Shown here: piece by piece, positions 23,999 through 32,000 of the stretch
How positions within the stretch are numbered: the stretch's first letter is position 1
Layout: every line of letters starts with the position of its first letter
From: Promethearchaeota archaeon
GTDB taxonomy: Archaea > Asgardarchaeota > Lokiarchaeia > Sigyniarchaeales > Promethearchaeaceae
DNA length: 32,000 bases
Assembly (NCBI GenBank): GCA_016933055.1
Contig: JAFGBS010000014.1
Span: 180,001 to 212,000 of the forward strand
Direction: 5' to 3'
The notes under the pieces: model-generated
What the model saw: the letters and a program-made list of their open reading frames with translations, nothing else
Told to the model about the DNA's origin: nothing
Database searches by the model: none
Made by a program: the position numbers and the translations under genes

Positions 23999-25234
23999 AT
24001 GCGATCATTGTTAGAATTAGAATTTTACCCGCGTATTTCTTCATCTGAGTTAGAGAACTATATTACGAGATTTAAGAATAACAAGAATCATTGGAATGAA
24101 CCTTTTTTTATGGATGTTTATTCCTACGTAGATGTAGATGAAATTAAACGAATCTGCAACCCTATTTTAGAAAGATCACCCAAAAACATGGTTATACTCG
24201 GAACAGGTGGCTCTATTCAGACTACTATGGCGTTAGAAGGATTATTACAGCGTGATTTCTATCCGGTGGTTTCTTCTCGTCCACGTGAATTACACCAAGT
24301 TTTGCGAAAATGCTCCCCGCAAGAAACAATCGTAATACCCATATCTCGGGGAGGAGAAACTCTAGATGTAAATTCCACTATTGAGGTGTTTGCGTCCTAT
24401 CCTATGTTAGGGCTTAGTTCTCAAGGTCCGATGTATGCGTACTTAAAAAAAAAAGAGATTCCTATATTACCCGTTCCTGACTTATCAGGAAGATTTGCTG
24501 CAAGCATTTCTAATGTGGCTCTAGTTCCCGCTTATTTAGGAGGCATCGATATCGATCTGTTCTTAAGATCATTACAAGATGCATATTCTGAATACAAAAT
24601 GCAAGAGCACCATAATATCAATCTTGCTATGCAACTCGCTATATATTTATTTGTGCATTACGCAAAAGGATTTCGTAATTGCTTCATCATGCCTTACTCT
24701 TCCTATTTAGAAGGTTCAGCGGGATTATTTGTGCAAGAAATAAGTGAGAGTTCAGGTAAAGAAAATGCTGGAATGATGGGGACTAAACAAGAAGCTCCTC
24801 TATGTCAGCATTCCGTTTTGGAATTATTATTGGGGGGTTCGAAAGGTCATACCATTCCCTTTTTGTGGACTACACGATCTGAACCCAGAGACGTTGAAAT
24901 ACACAATGCTTCCTTTGGATTAGAAAATCAAACAGCTTTAAAAATCATCAATCACCAAGCAGATGCGACATTCCAAGCATTGTTAACGCAAAAAGTACCC
25001 TCTGCAATGTTGAACTTGAAAGAAATCACAATTCAGGGAATGGCACAATTAATTGCATTTATCCAATCGACGATTTATTATTTCTGCGTGCTTTTAGATG
25101 TGAATTGGGAAAATAATCCTTTAGTAAATACGGGAAAAAGCATTTGTAATAAAGCCATACAATCTAATCTATCTGTAGAACAACGAAAAGCTCAAAGAAA
25201 GAAAATAGCATCGGAACAATTTTCCGATGATTAA
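23999..25234 (+). CDS. pgi: Glucose-6-phosphate isomerase-like double-SIS-domain protein (divergent)
   Basis: LGTGGS, SRGGETLDV, SGRFA, QEISESSGKE (Glu), QHS (His) and VNTGK (Lys) correspond to PGI motifs. Confidence 0.72.
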   Translation: MRSLLELEFYPRISSSELENYITRFKNNKNHWNEPFFMDVYSYVDVDEIKRICNPILERSPKNMVILGTGGSIQTTMALEGLLQRDFYPVVSSRPRELHQVLRKCSPQETIVIPISRGGETLDVNSTIEVFASYPMLGLSSQGPMYAYLKKKEIPILPVPDLSGRFAASISNVALVPAYLGGIDIDLFLRSLQDAYSEYKMQEHHNINLAMQLAIYLFVHYAKGFRNCFIMPYSSYLEGSAGLFVQEISESSGKENAGMMGTKQEAPLCQHSVLELLLGGSKGHTIPFLWTTRSEPRDVEIHNASFGLENQTALKIINHQADATFQALLTQKVPSAMLNLKEITIQGMAQLIAFIQSTIYYFCVLLDVNWENNPLVNTGKSICNKAIQSNLSVEQRKAQRKKIASEQFSDD

Positions 25235-25383
25235 ATTTGATTTCAAGATCTAGAAATATCTCGTATAAAAAATCATTTAGGGATTTGTTACGTAGATCCA
25301 AGTAACGGATAAAATTTCATTAATACTAGGTTACTTCCAAACGCAAAAAAGGAAAACACTCGAACGAGATTAAACCTAAGAAA

Positions 25384-25761
25384 GTGACAGAGATGAGCGA
25401 AGAACAGTTAAATTTCATATTGAAAACTTTAATGAATGAAGTTGATGGCATACAGAGTGTTGCATTAGTCTCACGAGAGGGTTTAATTGTAAATTCGATT
25501 TTGGAAGAAGATGTCTCCCCTATGCATATTGCTGCAATGTCGGCAATTATACTCTCCACGTGTGAGAGAGTATTATTGGAGTTTAAAAAAGGAGAGCTTG
25601 ATGTATGTATTATTCAAGGAACTGAAGGTAAATTTATCTGTATGGAATGCGGTGAGGATTTTATTTTAGTATGCGTATTGCAAGAAGATGCACGTATGGA
25701 TATATGTTTCACAAAAATGCGTAGTACGGTTGTAAAAGTTGTTGAACTTACCGAGGAATGA
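25384..25761 (+). CDS. Roadblock/LC7 domain protein
   Basis: GIQSVALVSREGLIV, IAAMSA, GELDVCIIQGTEGKFI and ILVC fit the roadblock pattern. The start is either the GTG at 25384 or the ATG at 25393. Confidence 0.9.
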   Translation: MTEMSEEQLNFILKTLMNEVDGIQSVALVSREGLIVNSILEEDVSPMHIAAMSAIILSTCERVLLEFKKGELDVCIIQGTEGKFICMECGEDFILVCVLQEDARMDICFTKMRSTVVKVVELTEE

Positions 25762-25947
25762 GAATTCCCTTTTATGAAAATCCATTCTTCATATTAAGAG
25801 TATTAATTTCTGCACTCTTTTTGACTTTATATGATGCTGTTGTTGTAAGATCTTAAGTTAAGATATTTCTTAATAAACTCCCCGAATTTCAGATTGTTCG
25901 CAACTTAATAGTAACGTTTAATTCTTATCTGAAAGGTGAGGTTTGAT

Positions 25948-27111
25948 ATGGCAAAGAAAAAAACCACCAAAAAAAAAACCAGTAAAAAAACCACTACAAA
26001 ATCAACCAAGAAAGATGAGATGGAACCTGACAATGAAAGCGATGGTGAGGAAATGGTTGATGAGGAGGATGTGAAAGAATTGGTTGAAGAAGAACTTAAG
26101 GAAGAGAAACACACGGGTATGGAAAATACCCAAAATTTCAGTAAAATAAGTCCCTTCGTCGTAGATTCATTGAATTACGATGTCAAAGATCTCCCGGGTG
26201 TAGGAGCAGCCACCTTGAAAAAGTTGGAAGACGCAGGTTATGGAACCTTACAGGCTATTGCCATGACACCGCAGAAGACTATTATGGAAGATACAGGGTT
26301 GGGAGAAAAGACCACAGCTAGTATAATCCAAGCTGCAAGAGAAACTCTCCAATTAACCTATGTTACAGCAGACCAAGTCTGGGAAAGAAGAAAACACTTA
26401 CCAAAAATAACAACGGGATCTGACAAAGTAGATGAGTTAATTGGAGGTGGTATTGAAGTGGGTGGTATAACAGAACTTTTTGGGGAATATCGAACAGGAA
26501 AAACCCAGATTTGCCATCAATTATGTGTAAATGTTCAATTACCTCGCTCAGAAGGGGGTTTAGAGGGAAGGGCACTATATATTGACACAGAAGGAACATT
26601 CCGACCCGAACGATTGATCCAGATGTCGGAAGCTAAAGGTTTGGATTATAAAAAAGTCTTAAAAGATGTATTTGTAATACGAGCACATACTTCTGAACAT
26701 CAAGTATTGTTGGTAAAAAATTCGATTGATACAATTTCAAAAGAAAAAATCAATTTGATTATTGTAGATTCCCTCATCTCTCATTTTCGAAGTGAATATA
26801 TAAGTCGAGGAACTCTCGCCACTCGGCAACAACTATTGAACCAACATATCCATGACTTAATTCGATTGGGAAACATTTATCCTGAACTGGCAATTGTCGT
26901 AACGAACCAAGTACAAGCAAAACCAGATGCATTTTTCGGAGATCCAAATCGTCCAACTGGAGGTCATATTATGGCACATGCATCAACCCTCCGTTTATAT
27001 CTACGGAAGGGGAAAGCAGAACAACGCATTATGATTGTAAAGGATGCCCCTCATCTCCCAGAAGGTGAAGCAGTGTTTACTATTACAGAAGATGGAATTG
27101 GAGATGCATAA
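25948..27111 (+). CDS. radA: DNA repair/recombination protein RadA (Rad51/DMC1/RadA family) with a charged N-terminal extension
   Basis: HhH DLPGVG, Walker [21 protein letters not shown], Walker B LIIVDS, NQV, GGHIMAH and PHLPEGEA. A strong SD (AGGTGAGG) precedes the ATG at 25948. Confidence 0.96.
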   Translation: MAKKKTTKKKTSKKTTTKSTKKDEMEPDNESDGEEMVDEEDVKELVEEELKEEKHTGMENTQNFSKISPFVVDSLNYDVKDLPGVGAATLKKLEDAGYGTLQAIAMTPQKTIMEDTGLGEKTTASIIQAARETLQLTYVTADQVWERRKHLPKITTGSDKVDELIGGGIEVGGITELFGEYRTGKTQICHQLCVNVQLPRSEGGLEGRALYIDTEGTFRPERLIQMSEAKGLDYKKVLKDVFVIRAHTSEHQVLLVKNSIDTISKEKINLIIVDSLISHFRSEYISRGTLATRQQLLNQHIHDLIRLGNIYPELAIVVTNQVQAKPDAFFGDPNRPTGGHIMAHASTLRLYLRKGKAEQRIMIVKDAPHLPEGEAVFTITEDGIGDA

Positions 27112-27126
27112 AAAAAAAGTAAAAAA
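27110..27126 (-). terminator. Oligo-T terminator after the large membrane-protein gene
   Basis: The minus strand reads TTTTTTACTTTTTTTTT immediately after the TAA at 27127-27129. Confidence 0.5.
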
Positions 27127-30100
27127 TTACTTATCTTTTAATTTCCAACCAATTGGTTTAGTTTTTGTTTCAAATCCAATCTTATTCTCTTTACGGAGTT
27201 TTTCGAAAACCTCTTTAATCTGTTCCATTTCTGCTTCTATCCCATGATCTTTCAGCGCTTGGTCAATAGCTTTCCATAAATCATTCTTGGAACGGATGGT
27301 TTGCTCTCTAATTTGGTGAATAGTCGTTTTTTCGATATTTAATTCGATAGAATCCTTCTCATCAATGATAAATTTCTCTTGTTCATCTTGAATTTTCTCT
27401 TCTAACGTATCCCTAGTTTCTTCTTTTTGGGTGGGATCTTCTTGTGATTCCGTCTCTTCTCTTGATGTTTCCTTATGTTTTCCTGATTGTTCTTCTCCTT
27501 CCTCATCAATATTCTCTTCTTTGCTCTTTTCTGTGGTATCTGTAGCCTCTGTTTCGGTTGTTTCCACCTCTTCTTTCTCTTTTTCCAATAAATCTTCAAA
27601 AGTTTCCTCTTCTTCGGTAATTTCTTCTTGCTCCACTTTCCTTTCAATGTCTTTTATCATTCTTTTGGATTTTCTGCGTTTACGTGTTGCAATAAGGGTA
27701 ATGGAACCCGTTACTACTATAAGTCCAAAACCAATTGCTCCGTATGGAAACCATTTTGATAATTGCGAGCTAATGTTTATAGATCCATTATATATACTAG
27801 TTTCAGAATCAAAGGTCTCAGAGAATATAACACTGAATAAGAGTATTGAATCCGAGGATGGTACTGTAAACGTAAAAGTAAGTACTCCTTCCGTGTTACT
27901 GACTTGAGATATGTTAAGGCTACCGATTTGCAGCTCCACTGTTGCGCCACCTAAAGATGTCCATTCCGTACTTCCATCTGGGCGGTATTCAATAATGAAC
28001 CTGAAACTTGTTTCAGTGCCAGGTGTAATTTTAGTTGGTAAGGTGGCCATTGGAGAAATGCGTATTTCATTTTTGTTAAGTACATTTACAGTAAAGGCAA
28101 CAGAAGTATTGTGGAAATACGTACGGTTGAGATTAAGATTAAAATTAAGGATGGGAGTCGCGATGTAAGTTTCTGGAACTATTATCTGGTAGGAGTTCTC
28201 GATATAGGTTCCGTAAAAAGAAGTGCCACCTAAGATTAGCTCTGCAATCCCATCTATTAATTCTGAATTCGTATAATTATCAATGAGATGGACTAAAATA
28301 ATGAGATCGTTCCCAAAATAGGCAAATTCGAACGCTAAGTTTTCTTCCTCCATACTATGACCATAATCCTGCACTTCCAAGTTTTCATATCTAGTGTCAC
28401 GATAGGTTATAGTCACAGTAAATTCATCTATTAGGGGATCGAATTCATCGGGATTTAATTCTACTTTAAAGACATAATCTCCTTCTAGTAAATTTATCGG
28501 GATGTTCCAAATTGCGGTTCCATTCTCATTTGTTTCAGCAAGGAACCAATATTGAGTGCCCATAATAGAAAGATTTACCGTGGTATAAGAAGCAGGTATA
28601 TCATAAGTGGTTTCTTGGAAAGTATATTGAATCAAGCTGCTTGAACCGCTATATAAGCGATAATGATTATCGTCCAATTGCTCTGAATTCTGCCCAAATT
28701 GCTGGATCAATTCAAATTCTGCACTACCATTAAGTTTCTGTAATAAAATATTGTAGGTGAACACTTGTGATTGGTACCCAAGGAGCGTGAATTCAAATCG
28801 TGCATAAAAATAACCGAAAGAAATGGAATCCAGATTTAAAATCCATCGGAAAATGTTATTAAATGTGTCTACAGTAGCTTCACTATTATAAGTTCCATTG
28901 ATATACAGAGATGCAGTAGCAGCATTAGATAGAAATATGGAATTATTTATATCCCAATACCCAAATTCGAAAGTTATATTGTTAAATAACTTATAAGCGG
29001 TTAGGAAGTCTCCATTTTGCGTAAGATTGCCATCATATCCTGGTATTTGATGATAAATTCCCACTTCTGTGTAATTAGTTGGCAAAACCCTGACAATTAG
29101 AAAGAAATTGAAACTTACCGAATCATAATCTAAACGTTGGAAATTTATTGTAACTAATATTTTGGTATTCAGAATTAAGTCATCGGATGGGAAAAGGAAT
29201 GAATAATTCCCATTAGAAAGATCTGAACCGAGAACTGGAATTCCATTATATATTAAATTACAAGTTGCACCTACTATCCCTATTGAATTATTTGTGTCAA
29301 AATATGAAGCAAACACTTGCACATCATACACTTTAAATCCATTAAAAGAGTTATCTGCAATTGTGTATACTAGGGTATCAGTTTCATGACCAAGATGATC
29401 GGGTTGTATGATATCATCGAAGGTATAATCTGTGGGTATAAAGGTGGTGTTAATCGTGAATTCATCCGTGTGATTTTCATAATGAAGTTTTTGTATGGTT
29501 ATGGTTATTGTATAAACTCCTTCTGTGTTTAAATCTGATTCGGGAATAATCCACAGATACAATCCATTGATGTCACTGACGGAGTTGTAGTTTTTTGAAT
29601 TTAGAGCAAGTCGATGCACATCTGCATTTTCGATACCTACCCCATTTTCTGTATCATAATATTCATAGAATATTTGTATTCCATATCGAGTATATACAAC
29701 ATAATGACTTCCTTGTAATGGTAATGGATTTGGAGTATGATCGGTTTGAGTTATGGTTGTGAATGATAAGGTGGTTGGTAAAACCTGCAGCGTGAGATTA
29801 AACTGTAAAGATGCGGTTTGGTAGGTAGACAGTGTAAATGTTACGGAAATCAAATACATTCCCTCCTCCAGGTTTAGAGTCGGAATAGTCCATGTATAGT
29901 TTCCTTCGAATTCGGAATCAATGAAAATGGTTCCACTATTGAAAGAAAGTGTGGGATTTGCACCAGAAATATATGCAGTATTGTTGAGATCGTAGAAATA
30001 TATTGATACTTCTGTGTCATACGCGTTATAGGCCACAAAATCAAAACTTGGTTCTCCATTTTGAGTCAAATTATCGAAATCTCCGTGATCTGGTTGGACA

Positions 30101-32000
30101 ATGCTATTCAAAATCATATCCGTCGGTAGATTGTAAAATGTAATAACAAATGAATAGGTAGCTTGTTCATAGTCATCCAAATCGAACGTGATTCTAACGG
30201 TATATGTACCCAATGCAACCAAGCTCTGATCAATTTGCCACCCATATATCCCATCTCCATAGTATGCGGATGAATAATTCACATTTCGGAATTCTAAGGA
30301 TGAGGTAGTTGCGCCTGGTATAGAGATTAAATGATTTAGATCCCAATAGGATAGGTTTACTGAGAATCCATATGCTACATATGCGAAATATCCCTCGGGT
30401 AATCCTTGGAAAATCAAGGAATCTGTTCCATAAAGCCCATGATCAGGTTGAGTGATATCAAAGTTTTGTGTTTCTGTAGGTAAATTATTCAAAGAAAGAT
30501 TGAATGCGTAATTTTGTGTTTCGTAGAATTGCGATTCCATTATGATCACCACCAGGAAAATCCCTAATGTTAAATCATCGGCTGGAATTAGCCAAGTATA
30601 CTGCCCATCGTCACCTGTATAATCATAATAGGAGAAACCGTTAAAAGATAACGTTGCGGTTGTGGAATTTATACTTACTGAGTTATTGATATCTCTGTAA
30701 GTCAAATATACTTGAACTCCATATTTGGTATATGCAATATAGTAGTAACCCGGAGGTCCAGAAAAGGATAATGTATTCGCATTATCTTCGGATTGAGTAA
30801 TATCAAAATCAAGCACTTCGGTAGGTAGGGGTTGGATGGTTATGTTAAACATAAAATTAACAGATTCCCAGTTGATTTTACTGATAATGATTGTAATTGT
30901 GTACTGCCCTGTTTTATCGAATATGGGAATATTTGTCCAAGTATACACTCCCCCGACTCCGATGGTCTCTACATATGGAGTTCCATCAAAGGTTAAGGTT
31001 GCAGTAGCATCATTGATTCCTCCCCCAAAGAAAGTATCCATATAGGACGCTTCAACACTGAGGTTGTAAGACATATAAGCTTGGTAGGAATATTCGAAAT
31101 AAGGAAGCGTGTTAGAGGTATGATCCGGTTGAATAACATCTTGTAATACTCCATTAGTTGTAATCAATGTTAAATTCAGATTGAAATTAATATTCTGACT
31201 TTGATGATCCTCTTTGGAAAATTCAATATAGCATGTATAAACACCTACAGTTGCGAATTCAGTTTCCAATGTCCATACGGCATATCCTGTCGAATTCGTA
31301 GTTGTCTCATAGATAGTTCCACCAAAGAATAGAAGTGCTGTTGCCCCCGAAATTAAAGAACCATTATCGATATTCCAATACTGGGCAGTTATTGTGGTAT
31401 TGAAATTACGTAATAGATCATAAGTAGCACCAGTTGCAGTGATATTCTGAGAACTACTGGTTTGATTGACTTGGGTTATTAAACTATCAGTTTGCCAAGT
31501 AATGAAGGAAATATAAAATTCAATGTTGGAAGTCTGATAATTCGTTAATGTGATTGTAATTGTAAAATAATAGACTGACCCACTATAATAAAATGAGTTA
31601 TCCAAAATGAATGTTGCTTCTCCAAGCCCATCGGTGATGTCAATTAGATTCCCTTCTGTAGTAGATAATAGTGTAGAAGTCGCACTTGAAACACTTAATC
31701 CGTGAATGATGTCATCAAATCGGACCACAATAGTTATATCAGAACCCCCTTTAGCAGTATAGGTATTTGTAACTGCTGTATAACCCAAAGGTCCATTTGC
31801 GTTCGTATAGGACACATTTGATATTTGAGTGGGGATTAGCAAATAATTCAATTGAAAACTATCATTACCATCAGCATAGTTGCTATGATTTGAATTAACT
31901 GATACCGAGATGATCCCTGAATAGGTTCCAGCCGGAAGAGTAAACATAAAGAAACCGTCCACTGTTCCCGAAGTATTATAATAGGTGATTCCGTTGATGA
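27127..32000 (-). CDS. Very large type-I membrane surface glycoprotein with tandem Ig-like repeats, one C-terminal TM helix, an acidic cytoplasmic tail and a terminal winged-helix-like module; 5'-truncated by the window
   Basis: The frame stays open from 31962 to the window end (...INGITYYNTSGTVDGFF). It has ~12 repeats of ~105-120 aa, many N-x-S/T sequons, a TM helix (WFPYGAIGFGLIVVTGSITLIA, 27688-27753) followed by RKRRKSKR, and then a Glu-rich tail. Confidence 0.88.
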   Translation of the reverse strand, partial: INGITYYNTSGTVDGFFMFTLPAGTYSGIISVSVNSNHSNYADGNDSFQLNYLLIPTQISNVSYTNANGPLGYTAVTNTYTAKGGSDITIVVRFDDIIHGLSVSSATSTLLSTTEGNLIDITDGLGEATFILDNSFYYSGSVYYFTITITLTNYQTSNIEFYISFITWQTDSLITQVNQTSSSQNITATGATYDLLRNFNTTITAQYWNIDNGSLISGATALLFFGGTIYETTTNSTGYAVWTLETEFATVGVYTCYIEFSKEDHQSQNINFNLNLTLITTNGVLQDVIQPDHTSNTLPYFEYSYQAYMSYNLSVEASYMDTFFGGGINDATATLTFDGTPYVETIGVGGVYTWTNIPIFDKTGQYTITIIISKINWESVNFMFNITIQPLPTEVLDFDITQSEDNANTLSFSGPPGYYYIAYTKYGVQVYLTYRDINNSVSINSTTATLSFNGFSYYDYTGDDGQYTWLIPADDLTLGIFLVVIIMESQFYETQNYAFNLSLNNLPTETQNFDITQPDHGLYGTDSLIFQGLPEGYFAYVAYGFSVNLSYWDLNHLISIPGATTSSLEFRNVNYSSAYYGDGIYGWQIDQSLVALGTYTVRITFDLDDYEQATYSFVITFYNLPTDMILNSIVQPDHGDFDNLTQNGEPSFDFVAYNAYDTEVSIYFYDLNNTAYISGANPTLSFNSGTIFIDSEFEGNYTWTIPTLNLEEGMYLISVTFTLSTYQTASLQFNLTLQVLPTTLSFTTITQTDHTPNPLPLQGSHYVVYTRYGIQIFYEYYDTENGVGIENADVHRLALNSKNYNSVSDINGLYLWIIPESDLNTEGVYTITITIQKLHYENHTDEFTINTTFIPTDYTFDDIIQPDHLGHETDTLVYTIADNSFNGFKVYDVQVFASYFDTNNSIGIVGATCNLIYNGIPVLGSDLSNGNYSFLFPSDDLILNTKILVTINFQRLDYDSVSFNFFLIVRVLPTNYTEVGIYHQIPGYDGNLTQNGDFLTAYKLFNNITFEFGYWDINNSIFLSNAATASLYINGTYNSEATVDTFNNIFRWILNLDSISFGYFYARFEFTLLGYQSQVFTYNILLQKLNGSAEFELIQQFGQNSEQLDDNHYRLYSGSSSLIQYTFQETTYDIPASYTTVNLSIMGTQYWFLAETNENGTAIWNIPINLLEGDYVFKVELNPDEFDPLIDEFTVTITYRDTRYENLEVQDYGHSMEEENLAFEFAYFGNDLIILVHLIDNYTNSELIDGIAELILGGTSFYGTYIENSYQIIVPETYIATPILNFNLNLNRTYFHNTSVAFTVNVLNKNEIRISPMATLPTKITPGTETSFRFIIEYRPDGSTEWTSLGGATVELQIGSLNISQVSNTEGVLTFTFTVPSSDSILLFSVIFSETFDSETSIYNGSINISSQLSKWFPYGAIGFGLIVVTGSITLIATRKRRKSKRMIKDIERKVEQEEITEEEETFEDLLEKEKEEVETTETEATDTTEKSKEENIDEEGEEQSGKHKETSREETESQEDPTQKEETRDTLEEKIQDEQEKFIIDEKDSIELNIEKTTIHQIREQTIRSKNDLWKAIDQALKDHGIEAEMEQIKEVFEKLRKENKIGFETKTKPIGWKLKDK
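27770..31962 (-). repeat. Protein-level tandem repeats (~12 x ~110-118 aa beta-sandwich units)
   Basis: Recurring pattern I.QPDH...Y..Y.....Y.D.NN...I.GAT..L.FNG.......G.Y.W.IP...L..G.Y.I.I.F....Y.....F......[LI]PT. The units have diverged at the DNA level. Confidence 0.8.

Noticed and set aside
1-32000. CRISPR arrays, tRNA/rRNA, IS elements, integrases, defence systems
   Set aside because: I saw no regularly spaced DNA repeats, cloverleaf sequences, terminal inverted repeats or transposase/nuclease motifs. The intergenic gaps are short (<270 nt).

Overview
This is a gene-dense, AT-rich archaeal chromosome segment. It is most likely from an Asgard archaeon (Lokiarchaeia/Promethearchaeota-like), judged from the archaeal-type IleRS, RadA with a Rad51-like Walker A, a roadblock/LC7 protein, an E2-fold + RING protein and GGTGA-type SD motifs; the taxonomy is inferred, not searched. 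The housekeeping and metabolic genes are a partial Fe-ADH, M1 and M24 peptidases, Hsp20, dodecin, ileS, ppdK, hypE, a divergent pgi and radA. They are interspersed with several eukaryote-like or unexplained proteins. (1) A protein with four tandem catalytically dead E2-fold (UEV/RWD) domains ends in a C4HC3 RING, a FANCL/Listerin-like E3-ligase architecture, and lies directly upstream of hsp20. (2) A cytoplasmic FG-GAP beta-propeller carries two C-terminal winged-helix-like modules. (3) A signal-peptide-less multi-beta-sandwich protein has a mu-homology-domain-like segment. (4) A >1600-aa Ig-repeat type-I membrane protein has a cytoplasmic tail ending in the same winged-helix-like module as the propeller protein. 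(5) A ~15-TM membrane domain is fused to a GH123/DUF4091-like glycosidase. I recognised no rRNA, tRNA, CRISPR array or mobile element. All family calls come from motif recognition by eye, and reference motifs are quoted from memory.
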